The notes below the pieces were generated by a model. It searched no databases and was not told the DNA's origin. It saw only the letters and a program-made list of their open reading frames with translations. Shown here piece after piece: positions 43,956 through 56,179 of a stretch of DNA of 64,000 bases. Position 1 is the stretch's first letter, and every line of letters starts with the position of its first letter. This DNA is from the human T2T-CHM13v2.0 reference genome, Homo sapiens: the NCBI RefSeq assembly GCF_009914755.1, contig NC_060941.1; one strand, given 5' to 3'. The position numbers and the translations under genes were made by a program.

Positions 43956-44718
43956 GGAATGGAATGGAAAGGATTTAGAAAGGAATGGAATGGAATGGAG
44001 TGGAGTGGAGTGGAGTGGAGTGGTGTGGAGTGGAGTGGAGTGGAATGTAGTGGTATGGATTGTCATGGAATGGAATGGAAAGGAGTGAAGTGGAGTGGGG
44101 TGGAGTGGAGTGGAATGGAGTGGCAAGGAATGGGATGGAATGGAGTGGAGTGGAGTGGAGAGGAGTGGAAAGGTGTATAATGGAATGGAATGGAATGGAA
44201 TGGAGTGGAGTGGAGTTTATCTGAATGGAGTGGATTCAAGTGCAGTGGAATGGAGTGGAATGGACTGGAGTGGAATGCAGTGGAGTGGAGTGAAGTAGAC
44301 TGGAATGGAATGGAATGGAGTGGAATGGAAAGGAATGGAATGCAATGGAGTGGAATGGAAAGGAATGGAATGCAATGGAGTGGAAAGGAATGGAATGGAA
44401 TCGAATGGAATGGGAGGGAATCGAATGGAATGGAATCAAGTGGAATCAAATGAAATCAAATGGAATGGAATGGAATGAAATGCAATCGAAAGGAATGGAA
44501 TCATATGGCATTGAAAGGAATCAAATGGAATGCAGTGAAGTGGAGTGGAATGGAGTGGAATGGAATAGAGTGGAATGGATTGAATGGAGTGGAGTGGAGG
44601 GGAGTGGAATGGCGTGGAGTAGAATGGAATGTAAAGGAATGGAAATGAACGGAGTGGAATGGAGTGGAGTGGAATGGAATGCAATAGTGTGGAATGGCAT
44701 GGAATGGTGAAATGAAAT

Positions 44719-44781
44719 GTGAGCTGAGACTGTGCACTGCACTACAGCCTGGGTGACAGAGTGTGATCCTGTCGAAAGAAA
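44719..44781 (+). mobile_element. Alu 3'-end fragment copy 5
   Basis: GTGAGCTGAGACTGTGCACTGCACTACAGCCTGGGTGACAGAGTGTGATCCTGTCGAAAGAAA. Confidence 0.88.
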
Positions 44782-45480
44782 GGAATGGAATGGAATGGAT
44801 TTAGAATGGAATATAATGGAATTTAGTGTAGTGCAGTGGAGTGGCATGGAGTGGAGTGGAATGGAGTGGTGTGGATTGTTATGGAATGTAACGGAATGGA
44901 GCCGAGTGGAGTGGAGTGGGGTGGAGTTGAGTGGAGTGGAGTGGATTCGAAAGGTGTAGAATGGAATGAAGTTGAGTGGAGGGGAGTGGAGTTGATTGGA
45001 GTGGAATGGAATGGAGTGGAATGGAGTGGAAGGGAGTAGAATGGCGTGGAGTGGAATGGATGGGAGTGGAGTGGAATTGACTGGAGTGGAATGGAATGGA
45101 GTGGAGTGGAATGGAATGGAGTGGAGTGGAGTGGAATGGAGTGGAATGGAGTGGTATGGAAGGGAATGGAATGGAATGGATTGGAATGGAATGGAATGGA
45201 ATGCATTGGAATGGAATGGAATGGAATGGAATGGAATGGAAAGGAATCGAAAGGGTTGGAATCAAATGGAATCGAATGGAATCTAATGGAATGGAATGGA
45301 ATGGAATGGAATCAAATGACATCAAATGGAATTGAATGTAATGCAGTGAACTGGAGAGGAGTGACGTGGAAAGCAGATGAATGGACTGTGGTGGAATGGA
45401 ATTGAATGGAGTGGAGTGGAGTGGACTGGAGTGGAATAGAATGCAATAGAAAAGAAAGGAATGGATTGGTGAAATGAAAT

Positions 45481-45543
45481 GTGAGCTGAGATTGTGCACT
45501 TCAATCCAGCCTGGGTGTCAGAGTGAGATCCTGTCGAAAGAAA
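45481..45543 (+). mobile_element. Alu 3'-end fragment copy 6
   Basis: GTGAGCTGAGATTGTGCACTTCAATCCAGCCTGGGTGTCAGAGTGAGATCCTGTCGAAAGAAA. Confidence 0.88.
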
Positions 45544-45610
45544 GGAAGGGAATGGAATGGATTTACAATGGAATGGAATGGAATGGATTTAGAATGAAAT
45601 GGAATGGAAT

Positions 45611-45990
45611 GGGGTGGAGTGGCGTGGATTGGAGTGGAGTGGAGTGAAATTGAGTGGAATGGACTGGAGTGGAGTGGAACGGAATGGAATGGAATGGAAT
45701 GGAATGGGGTGGAGGGGCATGGATTGGAGTGGAGTGGAGTGAAATTGAGTGGAATGGACTGGAGTGGAGTGGAACGGAATGGAATGGAATGGAATGGAAT
45801 GGGGTGGAGTGGCGTGGATTGGAGTGGAGTGGAGTGAAATTGAGTGGAATGGACTGGAGTGGAGTGGAACGGAATGGAATGGAATGGAATGGAATGGGGT
45901 GGAGGGGCGTGGATTGGAGTGGAGTGGAGTGAAATTGAGTGGAATGTACTGGAGTGGAGTGGAACGGAATGGAATGGAATGGAATGGAAT
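45611..45990 (+). repeat. 95-bp tandem repeat, 4 copies (190-bp dimer x2)
   Basis: Units start GGGGTGGAG at 45611, 45706, 45801 and 45896; each contains GGAGTGAAATTGAGTGGAATG(G/T)ACTGGAGTGGAGTGGAACGG. Confidence 0.92.
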
Positions 45991-46985
45991 GGAATGGAAT
46001 GGGGTGGAGTGTAATGAAGTGGAATGGAATGGAGTGGAATGTAGTGGAGTCAAATGGAATGCAGTGGAATGGAATGGAATGGAATCGAATGGAATCGAAT
46101 GGAATGGAATGGAATCGAATTGAATCGAATTGACTCAAATCGAATCTAATCAAATCAAATGGAATCGAGTGGAATTGAATGGAATTGAATGGAATCGAAT
46201 GGAATAAATGGAATTGAATGGAATCGAATGAAATCAAATGGAATCGAACTTAATGGAATGGAATTGCATTGAATGGAAAAAATGGAATCGAATGGAATCA
46301 AATGGAATCGAACCGAATGGAATCGAATGGCATCGAATGGAATCAAATGGAATGCAGTGAAATGGAGTGGAGTGCAGTGGAAAGCATTGGAATGAAATGG
46401 GGTGGACTGGAATTGAATGGAGTGGAGTGGAGTGGAATAGAGTGGAGTGGAATGGAAAGGGAAGGAATTGAATTGAACAGAGTGGAGTGGAGTTGAGTGG
46501 AGTGGAATGGAATGGAATGGAATCGGATGCAATGGAATCAAATGGAATCTAATGGAATCGAATGGAATCGAATGGAATTGAATGCTTTCAAATCGAATCG
46601 AATCAAATCAACTCGAATGGAATGGAGTCGAATGGAATCGAATGGAAAAAGTGAAATTGAAAGGAACTGAATGCAATCGAATCAAATGGAATCTAATGGC
46701 ATCGACCGGAATTGAATGGAATGCGGTGAAATGAAGTGGAGTGGAGTGGAATTCAGTGGAATGGAATGGAGTGGAATGGAATTGAATGGAGGTTAGAGGA
46801 TTGGAATGGATTCGAATGGAATGGAGTGGGAAGGAATGGAATTGAATGGAGTGGAGTGGAGTGGAATGGATTGGAAAGGAATGGAGTGGGAAGGAATGGA
46901 ATTGAATGGAGTGGAGTGGAGTGGAGTGGAATGGAATGGAATGGAGTGGAATGGAATTTAATGGAATGGAATGGTGAAATGAAAG

Positions 46986-47048
46986 GTGAGCTGAGATTGT
47001 GCACTGCACTCCAGCCTGGGTGACAGAGTGAGATCCTGTCGAAAGAAA
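46986..47048 (+). mobile_element. Alu 3'-end fragment copy 7 (matches local consensus)
   Basis: GTGAGCTGAGATTGTGCACTGCACTCCAGCCTGGGTGACAGAGTGAGATCCTGTCGAAAGAAA, compared with Alu right-arm end GTGAGCCGAGATCGCGCCACTGCACTCCAGCCTGGGCGACAGAGCGAGAC... Confidence 0.92.
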
Positions 47049-48254
47049 GGAAGGCAATGGAATGGATTTAGAATGCAATGTAATGGATTGTAGTGGAGTG
47101 GACTGGAGTGGCATGGAGTGGAGTAGAATGGAGTGGAATGGATTGTTATGGAATGGAATGGAATGGATTGGAATGGAGTGGAGTGGGGTGGAATGGAGTG
47201 GAATGGAGTGGAATGGAATGGGATGGAATGGAAAGGAGTAGAGTGTAGTGGTGTGGAGAGGAAAGGTGTAGAATGGAATAGATTGGAATGGAGTGGAGTG
47301 GAGTTGAGTGCAGTGGAATGGAATGGAGTGGAATGGTGTGGAGAGGAGTGTAATGGAGTGGAGTGGAGTCGAGTGGAGTGCAGTGGAGTGAAGTGAAGTG
47401 GAATGGAATGGAGTGGAATGGACTAGAGAGTATGGAATTGAGGAGAGGAATGGAAAGGAGTGAAGTGGAATGGAATGGAGTGCAGTGGAATGGAATGGAG
47501 TGGAGTGGAATGGACAGGAGGGGATGGAATTGACGAGTGGAATGCAATGGACTGGAGTGGAATGGAATGGAATGGACTGGAGTGGAATGGAATGGAGTCG
47601 AGTGGAGTGTTATGGAGTGGAATGGAATGGAATGTAGTGGAGCAGAGGGCAGTGGAGTGGAGTGGACTGGAGTGGAGTGGAATAGAATGGAATGCAGTGG
47701 AATGGAATGGAGGGGGTGTAATGGAGTGGAGTGGAATAGAATGGAATGGAGTGGAATGGAATGGAGGGGGTGTAATGGAGTGGAGTGGAGAGGAGTGGGG
47801 TGGAGTGGAATGCAATAGAAAGGAATGGAATGGAATCGAATGGAATCAAATGGAATGGAATAGAGTGGAGTGGAATGGAGTGGAATGAATTGGAATGGAA
47901 TGGAATGGAATGCAATGGAATGGAATGGAATGGAATGGAATGCATTTGAATGGAATGGATTGGAATCGAATGGAATGGAATGGAATCGAATGAAATCAAA
48001 TGGAATGGAATAGAATTGAATGGAATGGAATCAAATGGCATCGAATGGATTTGAATGGAATGCGGTGAAGTGGAGTGGAGAGGCGTGGAATGGAGTGGAA
48101 TGGAATGGGGTTGAATGGAATTGAATGGAGTGGCATGGAGTGGGGTGGAATGGAGAGGAATGGAATGGAATGGGAAGGAATGGAATTGAACAGAGTGGAG
48201 TGGAGTGGAATGGAATGGGGTTGAATGGAATTGAATGGAATGGTGAAATGAAAT

Positions 48255-48317
48255 GTGAGCTGAGATTGTGCACTGCACTCCAGCCTGGGTGACAAAGTGA
48301 GATCCTGTCGAAATAAA
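48255..48317 (+). mobile_element. Alu 3'-end fragment copy 8
   Basis: GTGAGCTGAGATTGTGCACTGCACTCCAGCCTGGGTGACAAAGTGAGATCCTGTCGAAATAAA. Confidence 0.9.
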
Positions 48318-48761
48318 TTAATGGAATGTAATGGATTTAGAAAGCTATATAATGGAATGGATTTAGAATGGAATGGAATGGAATGGAGTGGAGTGGAGTA
48401 GAGTGGAGTGGCATGGAATGGAATGGAGTGGAATGGAATCGAATGGAACAGAATTCAATGGAATGGAATGGAATCGAATGGAACGGAATCGAATGGAATC
48501 AAATGGAATGGAATGGATTCGAATGGAGTGGAATCGAAAGGCATCAAATGGATTCAAAAGGAATGCAGTGAAGTGGAGTGAAGTGGAGTGGAATATATTG
48601 GAAAGGAATGGGGTGGAAAGGAATTGAATGAAGTAGAGTGGAGTGGAATGGAATGCAGTGGAGTGGAATGGACTGGGAAGGAATAGCATTGTATGAGTGG
48701 AGTGGAGAGGAACAGAATACAATTTAATGTAATGGAATGGAATGGAATGGTGAAATGAAAT

Positions 48762-48824
48762 GTGATCTCAGATTGTGCACTTCACTCCATCTTGGGTGAC
48801 ACAGTGATATCCTGAGGAAAGAAA
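48762..48824 (+). mobile_element. Alu 3'-end fragment copy 9 (diverged)
   Basis: GTGATCTCAGATTGTGCACTTCACTCCATCTTGGGTGACACAGTGATATCCTGAGGAAAGAAA; ~9 differences. Confidence 0.8.
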
Positions 48825-49483
48825 GGAATAGCATTGAATAGATTTAGAATGCAATGGAATGGAATGGAGTGGAGTGGAAAGGGGTGGAGTGGAGTGGAGT
48901 GGAATGGAGTGGAATAGAATGGGATGGAATTGAACGGAGTGCAGTGGAAAGGTGTAGAATGGAATGGAATGGAGAGGAGTGGAGTGGAGTGGAGTTGAGT
49001 GGAGTGGATTGGAGTGCAGTGAAATGGAGTGGAAAGGATTGGAGTGGAATGGAGTGGAGTGGAATGGAGTGGAGTGGAGTGGAGAGGAATGTAATAGAAT
49101 CAAATGAAATGGAGTGTAATGGAATGGAATAGAATGGAACAGAATGGAATGCAATGGAATGGAATGCAATGGAATGGAATGGAATGGAATGGAATGGAAT
49201 GGAATGGAATGGAATGGAATGGAATGGTATCAAATACACTGGTATGGAAATGAATGGAATGGAATCGAATGGCTTTGAATGGATTTGAATGGAAAGCGTT
49301 GAAGTGGAGTGGAGAGGAGTGGAATGGAGTGGAAAGGAATAGGATGGAATGGAATTGAATGAAGTAGAGTGGAGTGGAGTGGAATGGAGTGGAGTGGAAT
49401 GGACTGGGAAGGAATGGAATTGAACGGAGTGGAGTGGAGTGGAGTGGAGTGGATTGGAATGCAATGGAATGGGGAAATGAAAT

Positions 49484-49546
49484 GTGAGCTGAGATTGTGA
49501 ACTGCACTCCAAACTGGGTGACACAGTGAGATCCTGTAGAAAGAAA
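49484..49546 (+). mobile_element. Alu 3'-end fragment copy 10 (variant A)
   Basis: GTGAGCTGAGATTGTGAACTGCACTCCAAACTGGGTGACACAGTGAGATCCTGTAGAAAGAAA. Confidence 0.85.
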
Positions 49547-50269
49547 GTAATGGAATGGAATGGATTTAGAATGGAATGGAATGGAGTGGAATGGAGAGGA
49601 GTGGCATGGAGTGGAATAGAGTGGTTTGGATAGTTATGCAATGGAATGGAATGGAGTGGAGTGGAATGGAATGGAGTGGAGTGGGATGAATGGAGTGGAA
49701 TGGAATGGGATGTAATGGAATGGAGTGGAGTGGGAAGGTGTAGAATGGAATGGAACGGAATGGAGAGGAATGGAGTGGAGTGGAGTTGAGTGGAGGGAAG
49801 TGGAGTGCAGTGGAACGGAGTGGAGTGGAATGGAGGGGAGTGGAGTGGAGTAGAGTGGAGTGGAGTGGAATGGAATAGAATGAAATGGAATGGAGTGGAA
49901 TGGAATGGAATAGAATGGAATGGAGTGGAATGGAATGGAACTGAATGGAACACAATGGAATGGAAAAGAATGGAATGGAATCGAATGGAAGGGAATCAAA
50001 TGGAATCAAGTAGAGTCGAATGCAATGGAATGGAAATGAATGGAGAGGAATCGAATGGAATGCGGTGAAATGGAGTGGAGTGGAGTGGAATGGAGTGGAA
50101 TGAAAAGCAGTGGAATGGAAATGAATGGAGTGGAGTGGAGGGGAGTAGAGTAGAATAGAGTGGAGTGGAATGGAATGGGAAAGAATGCAATTCAACGGAG
50201 TGGAGTGGAGTGGAGCGGAGTGCAATGAAATTCAATGGAATGGAATCGAATGGAATGGTGAAATGAAAT

Positions 50270-50332
50270 GTGAGCTGAGATTGCGCACTGCACTCCAGCA
50301 TGGGTGTCAGAGTGAGATCCTGTCGAAAGTAA
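50270..50332 (+). mobile_element. Alu 3'-end fragment copy 11 (variant B)
   Basis: GTGAGCTGAGATTGCGCACTGCACTCCAGCATGGGTGTCAGAGTGAGATCCTGTCGAAAGTAA. Confidence 0.88.
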
Positions 50333-50967
50333 GGAAGGGAATGGAATGGATTTAGAATCCAATAAAATGGAATGGATTTAGAATGGAATGGAATGGAGTG
50401 GATTGGAGTGGAGTGGAGTGGAGTGGAATGGAGTGAAGTGGAACGGAGTGGAGTGGAATGGTATGGAATGGAATGGAATGGAGTGAAATGGAGTGGAGTG
50501 GAACAGCATGGAATGGAGTCGAGCGGAGTGGAGTGGAATGGAGTGGAGTGGAGTGGAATGGAATGGAATGGAGTGGAATGGAATATAATGGAAGGGAATG
50601 GAATGGAGTGGAGTGGAGTGGAATGGAGTGGATTTTAGTGGAATGGAGTGGAATGGAATGGAATGGAATGGAATGGAATGGAATGGATTGGAATGGAATG
50701 GAATAGAATGTCATCGAATGGAATGGAATGGAATGTCATCGAATGGAATGGAATGGAATGGAATGTGGTGAAGTGAAGTGGAATGGAGTGGAATGTAATG
50801 TGGTGGAATGAAATTTAATACAGTGGAGTGAAGTGGAGTGGAATGGAGTGGAATGGAATGGACTGGGAAGACATGGAATTGATCGGAGTGGAGTGGAGTG
50901 GAGTGGTGTGGAATGGAATGCAATGGAATGCAATGGAATAGAATGGACTGGAATGGTGAAATGATAT

Positions 50968-51030
50968 GTTAGCTGAGATTGTGCACTGTACTCCAACCTG
51001 GGCGACAGAGTGAGATGCTGTCGTAAGAAA
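50968..51030 (+). mobile_element. Alu 3'-end fragment copy 12 (variant C)
   Basis: GTTAGCTGAGATTGTGCACTGTACTCCAACCTGGGCGACAGAGTGAGATGCTGTCGTAAGAAA. Confidence 0.86.
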
Positions 51031-51374
51031 GGAATGGGATGGAATGAATTTACAATGGAATATAATGGAATGGAGTGGAGGGGAGTGGTGTGGAGTGGAT
51101 TGGAGTGGAGTGGAACGAAATAGTATGGATTGTAACGGAATGGAATGCAAAGGAGTGGAGTGGAGTGCTGTGGGGTTGAGTGGAGTGGAATGGAGTGGAA
51201 TGGAATGGGATGGAAGGGAATGGAGTGGAGTGGAGAAGAGTGGAAAAGTGTCGAATGGAATGGAATGGAGTAGAGTGGGGTGGAATGGAATGGAGTGGAG
51301 TGGAATGGAATGGACTGGAGTGCAATGGAATGCAATGGAATGGAATGGAATGGAATGGAATGGTGAAATGAAAT

Positions 51375-51437
51375 GTGAGCTGAGATTGTGCACTGCACTG
51401 CAGCCTGGGTCAGAGAGTGAGATCCTTTCGAAAGAAA
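51375..51437 (+). mobile_element. Alu 3'-end fragment copy 13
   Basis: GTGAGCTGAGATTGTGCACTGCACTGCAGCCTGGGTCAGAGAGTGAGATCCTTTCGAAAGAAA. Confidence 0.86.
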
Positions 51438-52384
51438 GGAATGGAATGGAATGGATTTAGAATGGAATGGAATGGAATGGAAAGGAATGGAGTGGAATGG
51501 AGTGGGTTGAAATGGAGTGGAGTGGAGTGGAATGGAATCCAACAGAATTGAATAGAATCGAATGGAATCGAATGGAAAAAATGGAATTGAATGGAATCAA
51601 ATGGAACCAAATTGGATGGAATCGAATGGCATCAAATGGATTCGAATGGAATGCGGTGAAGTGGAATAGAGTGGACTGGAATGCAGTGGAATGGAATGGG
51701 GTGGAATGGGATTGAATAGAGTGGAGTGGAGTGGAGTGGGGTGGAATAGAATGGGATGGAATGGAATGGAGTGGAGTGGAGTGGAAATGTTTAGAATGGA
51801 ATGGAATGCAGAGGAGTGGAGTGGAGTGGAGTTGAGTGGAGTGCAGTGAAATGGAGTGGAATGGAGTGGAGTGGAATGGAGTGGACTGGAGTGGAGTGGA
51901 GAGGAATGTAATAGAAAGAAATGGAATGGAGTGGAATGGAATGGAATGGAGTGGAATGGAATGGAATGGAATGGAATGCAATGGAATGCAATGGAATGGA
52001 ATGGAATGCAATGGAATGCAATGGAATGGAATGGAATGGAATGGAACCGAATGGAATGGAATGGTATGCAATGAAATGGAATGGAATGGAATGGAAGGGA
52101 ATGGAATGGAATGCAAGGGAATGGAAGGCAATGGAATGGAATGGAAACGAATCGAATGGCATCGAATGGATTCAAATGGAATGTGTTGAAGTGGAGAGGA
52201 GTGGAGTGGAATGGAGTGGAAAGGAATAGGGTGGAACGAAATTGAATGAAGTAGAGTGGAGTGGAGTGGAATGGAGTGGAGTGGAATGGACTGGAAGTAA
52301 TGGAATCGAACGGAGTGGAGTGGAGTGGAGTGGAATGGAATGCAATGGAATGGAATGGAATGGAATGGAATGGTGTAATGAAAT

Positions 52385-52447
52385 GTGAGCTGAGATTGTT
52401 CACTTCACTCCAACCTGGGTGACACAGTGAAATCCTGTTGAAAGAAA
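52385..52447 (+). mobile_element. Alu 3'-end fragment copy 14 (variant A)
   Basis: GTGAGCTGAGATTGTTCACTTCACTCCAACCTGGGTGACACAGTGAAATCCTGTTGAAAGAAA. Confidence 0.85.
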
Positions 52448-53137
52448 GGAATGGAATGGAATGGCTATAGAATGGAATGTAATGGAATGGAGTGGAGTGG
52501 AGTGCCATGGAGTGTATTGGTGTGGAGTGGATTGCAGTGGTTTGGATAGTTATGGTATGGAGTAGAGTGGAGTGGGGTGGACTGGAGTGGAGTGGAGTGG
52601 AATGGAGTGGGAAGGTGTAGAATGGAATGGAATGGAGAGGAGTGGAGTGGAGTGAAGTTGAATGGAGTGAATTGGATTGCAGTGGAATGGAGTGGAATGT
52701 AGTGGAATGGAGTGGAGTGGAAGGGAGTGGAGTGCAGTGGAGTAGAGTGGAGTTGAGTGGAATGGAAAAGAATGAAATGGAATGGAGTGGAATGGAATGG
52801 AATGGAAAAAAATGGAACACAATGGAATGGAAAGGAAGGCAATGGAATACAATGGAATTGAATGGAATGGAATCAAATGGAATGGAATTGAATGGAATCG
52901 AATGGAGATTAATGCAATGGAATGGAAATGAATGGAAAGGAATTGAATGTGGTGAAATGGAGTGGAGTGGATTGGAATGGAGTGGAATGAAAAGGGGTGG
53001 AATGGAAATGAATGGAGAGGTGTAGAGTGGAGTAGAATGGAGAGGAGTGGAATGGAATGGGAAGGAATGGAATTGAACGCAGTGGAGTGGAATGAAATTG
53101 CAACGGAATGGAATAGAATGGAATGGTGAAACAAAAT

Positions 53138-53200
53138 GTGAGCCGAGATTGCGCACTGCAATCCAGCCTGGGTGACAGAGTGAGATCCTGTCAAAAGAAA
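53138..53200 (+). mobile_element. Alu 3'-end fragment copy 15 (variant B; retains two Alu CpGs)
   Basis: GTGAGCCGAGATTGCGCACTGCAATCCAGCCTGGGTGACAGAGTGAGATCCTGTCAAAAGAAA. Confidence 0.92.
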
Positions 53201-53860
53201 CGAAGGGAATGGAATGGATATGGAATGGATTTAGAATGGAATGTAATGGAGTGGAGTGGAGTGGAGTGGAATGAAGTGGAGTGGATTGGAGTGGAGTGGA
53301 GTGGAATGGAATGGAATGGAGTGAAATGGGGTGGGGTGGAATGACATGGAATAGAGTCTAGTGGAGTCGAGTGGAATGGCGTGGATTGGAGCGGAATGGA
53401 ATGGAGTGGGATGCAATGGAATGGAGTGGAAAGGAATATAATGGAAGGGAGTGGAATGGAGTGGAGTGAAGTGGAGTGGAATGGAGTGCAGTGGAATAGA
53501 GTGGAATGGAGTGCAGTGTAGTGGAGTGGAGTGGAGTGCAATGGAGTGGAGTGGAATGGAGTGGAATGGAATGGAATGGAATGGATTGGAATGGAATGGA
53601 ATCGAATGGAATGGAATCGAATGGCATCAAATGGAATGGAATCGAATGGCATTGAATGGAATCGAATGGAATGTGGTGAAGTGGAGTTGAGTGGAATGGA
53701 ATGGAGTGGAATGGAATGGGGTGGAATGAAATTTAATGGAGTGGAGTGAAGTGGAGTGGAATGGAGTGGAGTGGAATGGACTGGGAAGGAATGGAATTGA
53801 ATGGAGTGGAGTGGAGTGGTGTGGAATGGAATGAAATGGAATGGAATGGTGAAATGATAC

Positions 53861-53923
53861 GTGAGATGAGATTGTGCACTGCACTCCTACCTGGCTGAAA
53901 GAGGGAGATCCTGTTGTAAGGAA
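53861..53923 (+). mobile_element. Alu 3'-end fragment copy 16 (variant C, diverged)
   Basis: GTGAGATGAGATTGTGCACTGCACTCCTACCTGGCTGAAAGAGGGAGATCCTGTTGTAAGGAA. Confidence 0.82.
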
Positions 53924-54532
53924 GGAATGGAATGGAATGGATTTACAATGAAATGTAATGGAATGGAGTAGAGTGGAGTGGAGTGGCGTGGAGTGGAGTG
54001 GAGTGGCATGGAATGGTATGGATAGTTATGGAATGGAATGCAATGGAGTGCAGTGGAGAGCTGTGGGGTGGAGTGGAGTGGAGTGGAATGGAGTGGAAAG
54101 GAATGGGATGGAAGGGAATGGAATGGAGTTGAGAGCAGTGGAAAAGTGTAGAATGGAATGGAATGGAGTGGAGTGGAGTGGAATGGAATGGAATGGAGTG
54201 GAATGGAGTGGAGTGGAGTGGAATGGAGTGGGGTGTAATGGAGTTGAATGGAATAGAAAGAAATGGAATGTAATGGATTGGAATGGAATCGAATCAAATC
54301 GAATCGAATGGAATTCAATGGAATCAAATGGAATGTGGTGAAGTGGAGTGGAATGGAATGGAGTGGAATGGAATGAGGTGAAATGAAATTTAATGGAGTG
54401 GAGTGAAGTGGAGTGGAATGGAGTGGAGTGGAATGGACTGGGAAGGAATGGAATTGAACGGAGTGGAGTGGAGTGGAGTGGTGTGGAATGGAATGCAATG
54501 GAATGGAATGGAATGGGATGGTGAAATGATAT

Positions 54533-54595
54533 GTGAGCTAAGATTGTGCACTGCACTCCAACCTGGGTGACAGAGTGAGATCCTGTCATAAGAAA
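54533..54595 (+). mobile_element. Alu 3'-end fragment copy 17 (variant C)
   Basis: GTGAGCTAAGATTGTGCACTGCACTCCAACCTGGGTGACAGAGTGAGATCCTGTCATAAGAAA. Confidence 0.88.
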
Positions 54596-55644
54596 GGAAT
54601 GGAATGCAAAGCATTTACAATGGAATGGAGTGGAGTGGAGTGGCGTGGCACGGAGTGGAGTGGAGTGGAATGGAATGGTATGGATTGTTAAGGAATGGAA
54701 TGCAATGGAGGGGAGTGGAGTGCTGTGGGGTGGAGTGGAGTGGAGTGGAATGGAGTGGAATGGACTGTGATGGAATGCAATGGAGTGGAGTGCAGTGGAG
54801 AGGAGTGGAAAAGTGGAGAATGGAATGGAGTGGAGTGGAGTGGAATGGAATGGAATGGAGTGGAATGGAGTGGAGTGTAATGGAGTTGAATGGAATAGAA
54901 AGAAATGGAATGGAATGGAATAGAATCGAATTGAATGGAATCAAATGGAATGGAATGGAATGGAATCAAATGGAATGTGGTGAAGTCGAGTAGAGTGGAG
55001 TGGAATGGAGTGGAATGGAATGAGGTGGAATGAAATTTAATGGAGTGGAGTGAAGTGGAGTGGAATGGAATGGAATGCAGTGGAGTGGAATGGAATGGAA
55101 AGGAATGCAGTGAAATGGAGTGGGGTGGAATGGCATGGAATGGAGTTGAGTGGAGTGGAGTGGAAAGCTGTCGAGTGGAGTGGAATGGAATGGAGTGGAA
55201 TGGAATGGAATGCAGTGGAATGGAATATAATGGAAGGGGGTGGAATGGAGTGGAGTGGAGTGGAGTGGAATGGAGTTGAGTGGAATGGAGTGGAAAGGAG
55301 TGGAGTGGAGTGGAATGGAATGGGGTGGAATGGAGTGGAATGGAATGGAAGGTAATGGAATTGATTGGAATCAAATGGAATGGAATTGAATGGAATGGAA
55401 TGGAAGCGAAAGGAATGGAATCGAATGGCATCGAATGGAATCCATTGGAATGTGGTGAAGTGCAGTGGAGTGGAGTGGAATGGAATGGGGTGGAATGAAA
55501 TTTAATGGAGTGGAGGGAAGTGGAGTGGAATGGAGTGGAGTGTAATGGACTGGGAAGGAATGGAATTGAATGGAGTGGAGTGGAGTCAAGTAGTGTGGAA
55601 TGGAATGCAATGGAATGGAATGGACTGGAATGGTCAAATGATAT

Positions 55645-55707
55645 GTGAGCTGAGATTGTGCAGTGCACTCCAACCTGGGTGACAGAGTGAGATCCTGTCA
55701 TAAGAAA
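55645..55707 (+). mobile_element. Alu 3'-end fragment copy 18 (variant C)
   Basis: GTGAGCTGAGATTGTGCAGTGCACTCCAACCTGGGTGACAGAGTGAGATCCTGTCATAAGAAA. Confidence 0.88.
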
Positions 55708-56116
55708 GGAATGGAATGGAATGGATTTACAATGGAATGAAATGGAATGGAGTGGAGTGGAGTGGAGTGGCATGGAGTGGAGTGGAGTGGAATGGAATGG
55801 TATGGATTGTTATGGAATGGAATGCAATGGAGTGGAATGGAGTGCTGCGGGTTTGAGTGGAGTGGACTGGAATGGAGTGGAATGGAATGGGATGGAATGG
55901 AATGGAGTGGAGTGGAGTGTAGAGGAGTGGAAAAGTGTAGAATGGAATGTTATGGAGTGGAGTTGAGTGGAATAGAGTGGAAAGGAATAGGGTGGAATGG
56001 AATTGAATGAAGTAGAGTGGAGTGGAGTGGAATGGACTGGGAAGGATTGGAATTGAATGGAGTGGAGTGGAGGGGAATGGAATGCAAAGGAATGGAATTG
56101 AATGGTGAAATGAAAT

Positions 56117-56179
56117 TTGAGCTGAGGTTGTGCACTGCACTCCAACCTGGGTGACACAGTGAGACCCTGTTGAAAGAAA
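56117..56179 (+). mobile_element. Alu 3'-end fragment copy 19 (variant A)
   Basis: TTGAGCTGAGGTTGTGCACTGCACTCCAACCTGGGTGACACAGTGAGACCCTGTTGAAAGAAA. Confidence 0.87.

Noticed and set aside
46986-47048. Metal response element core TGCACTC in most cassettes
   Set aside because: This heptamer is part of the generic Alu consensus found genome-wide; it is mutated in several copies and nothing suggests selection.
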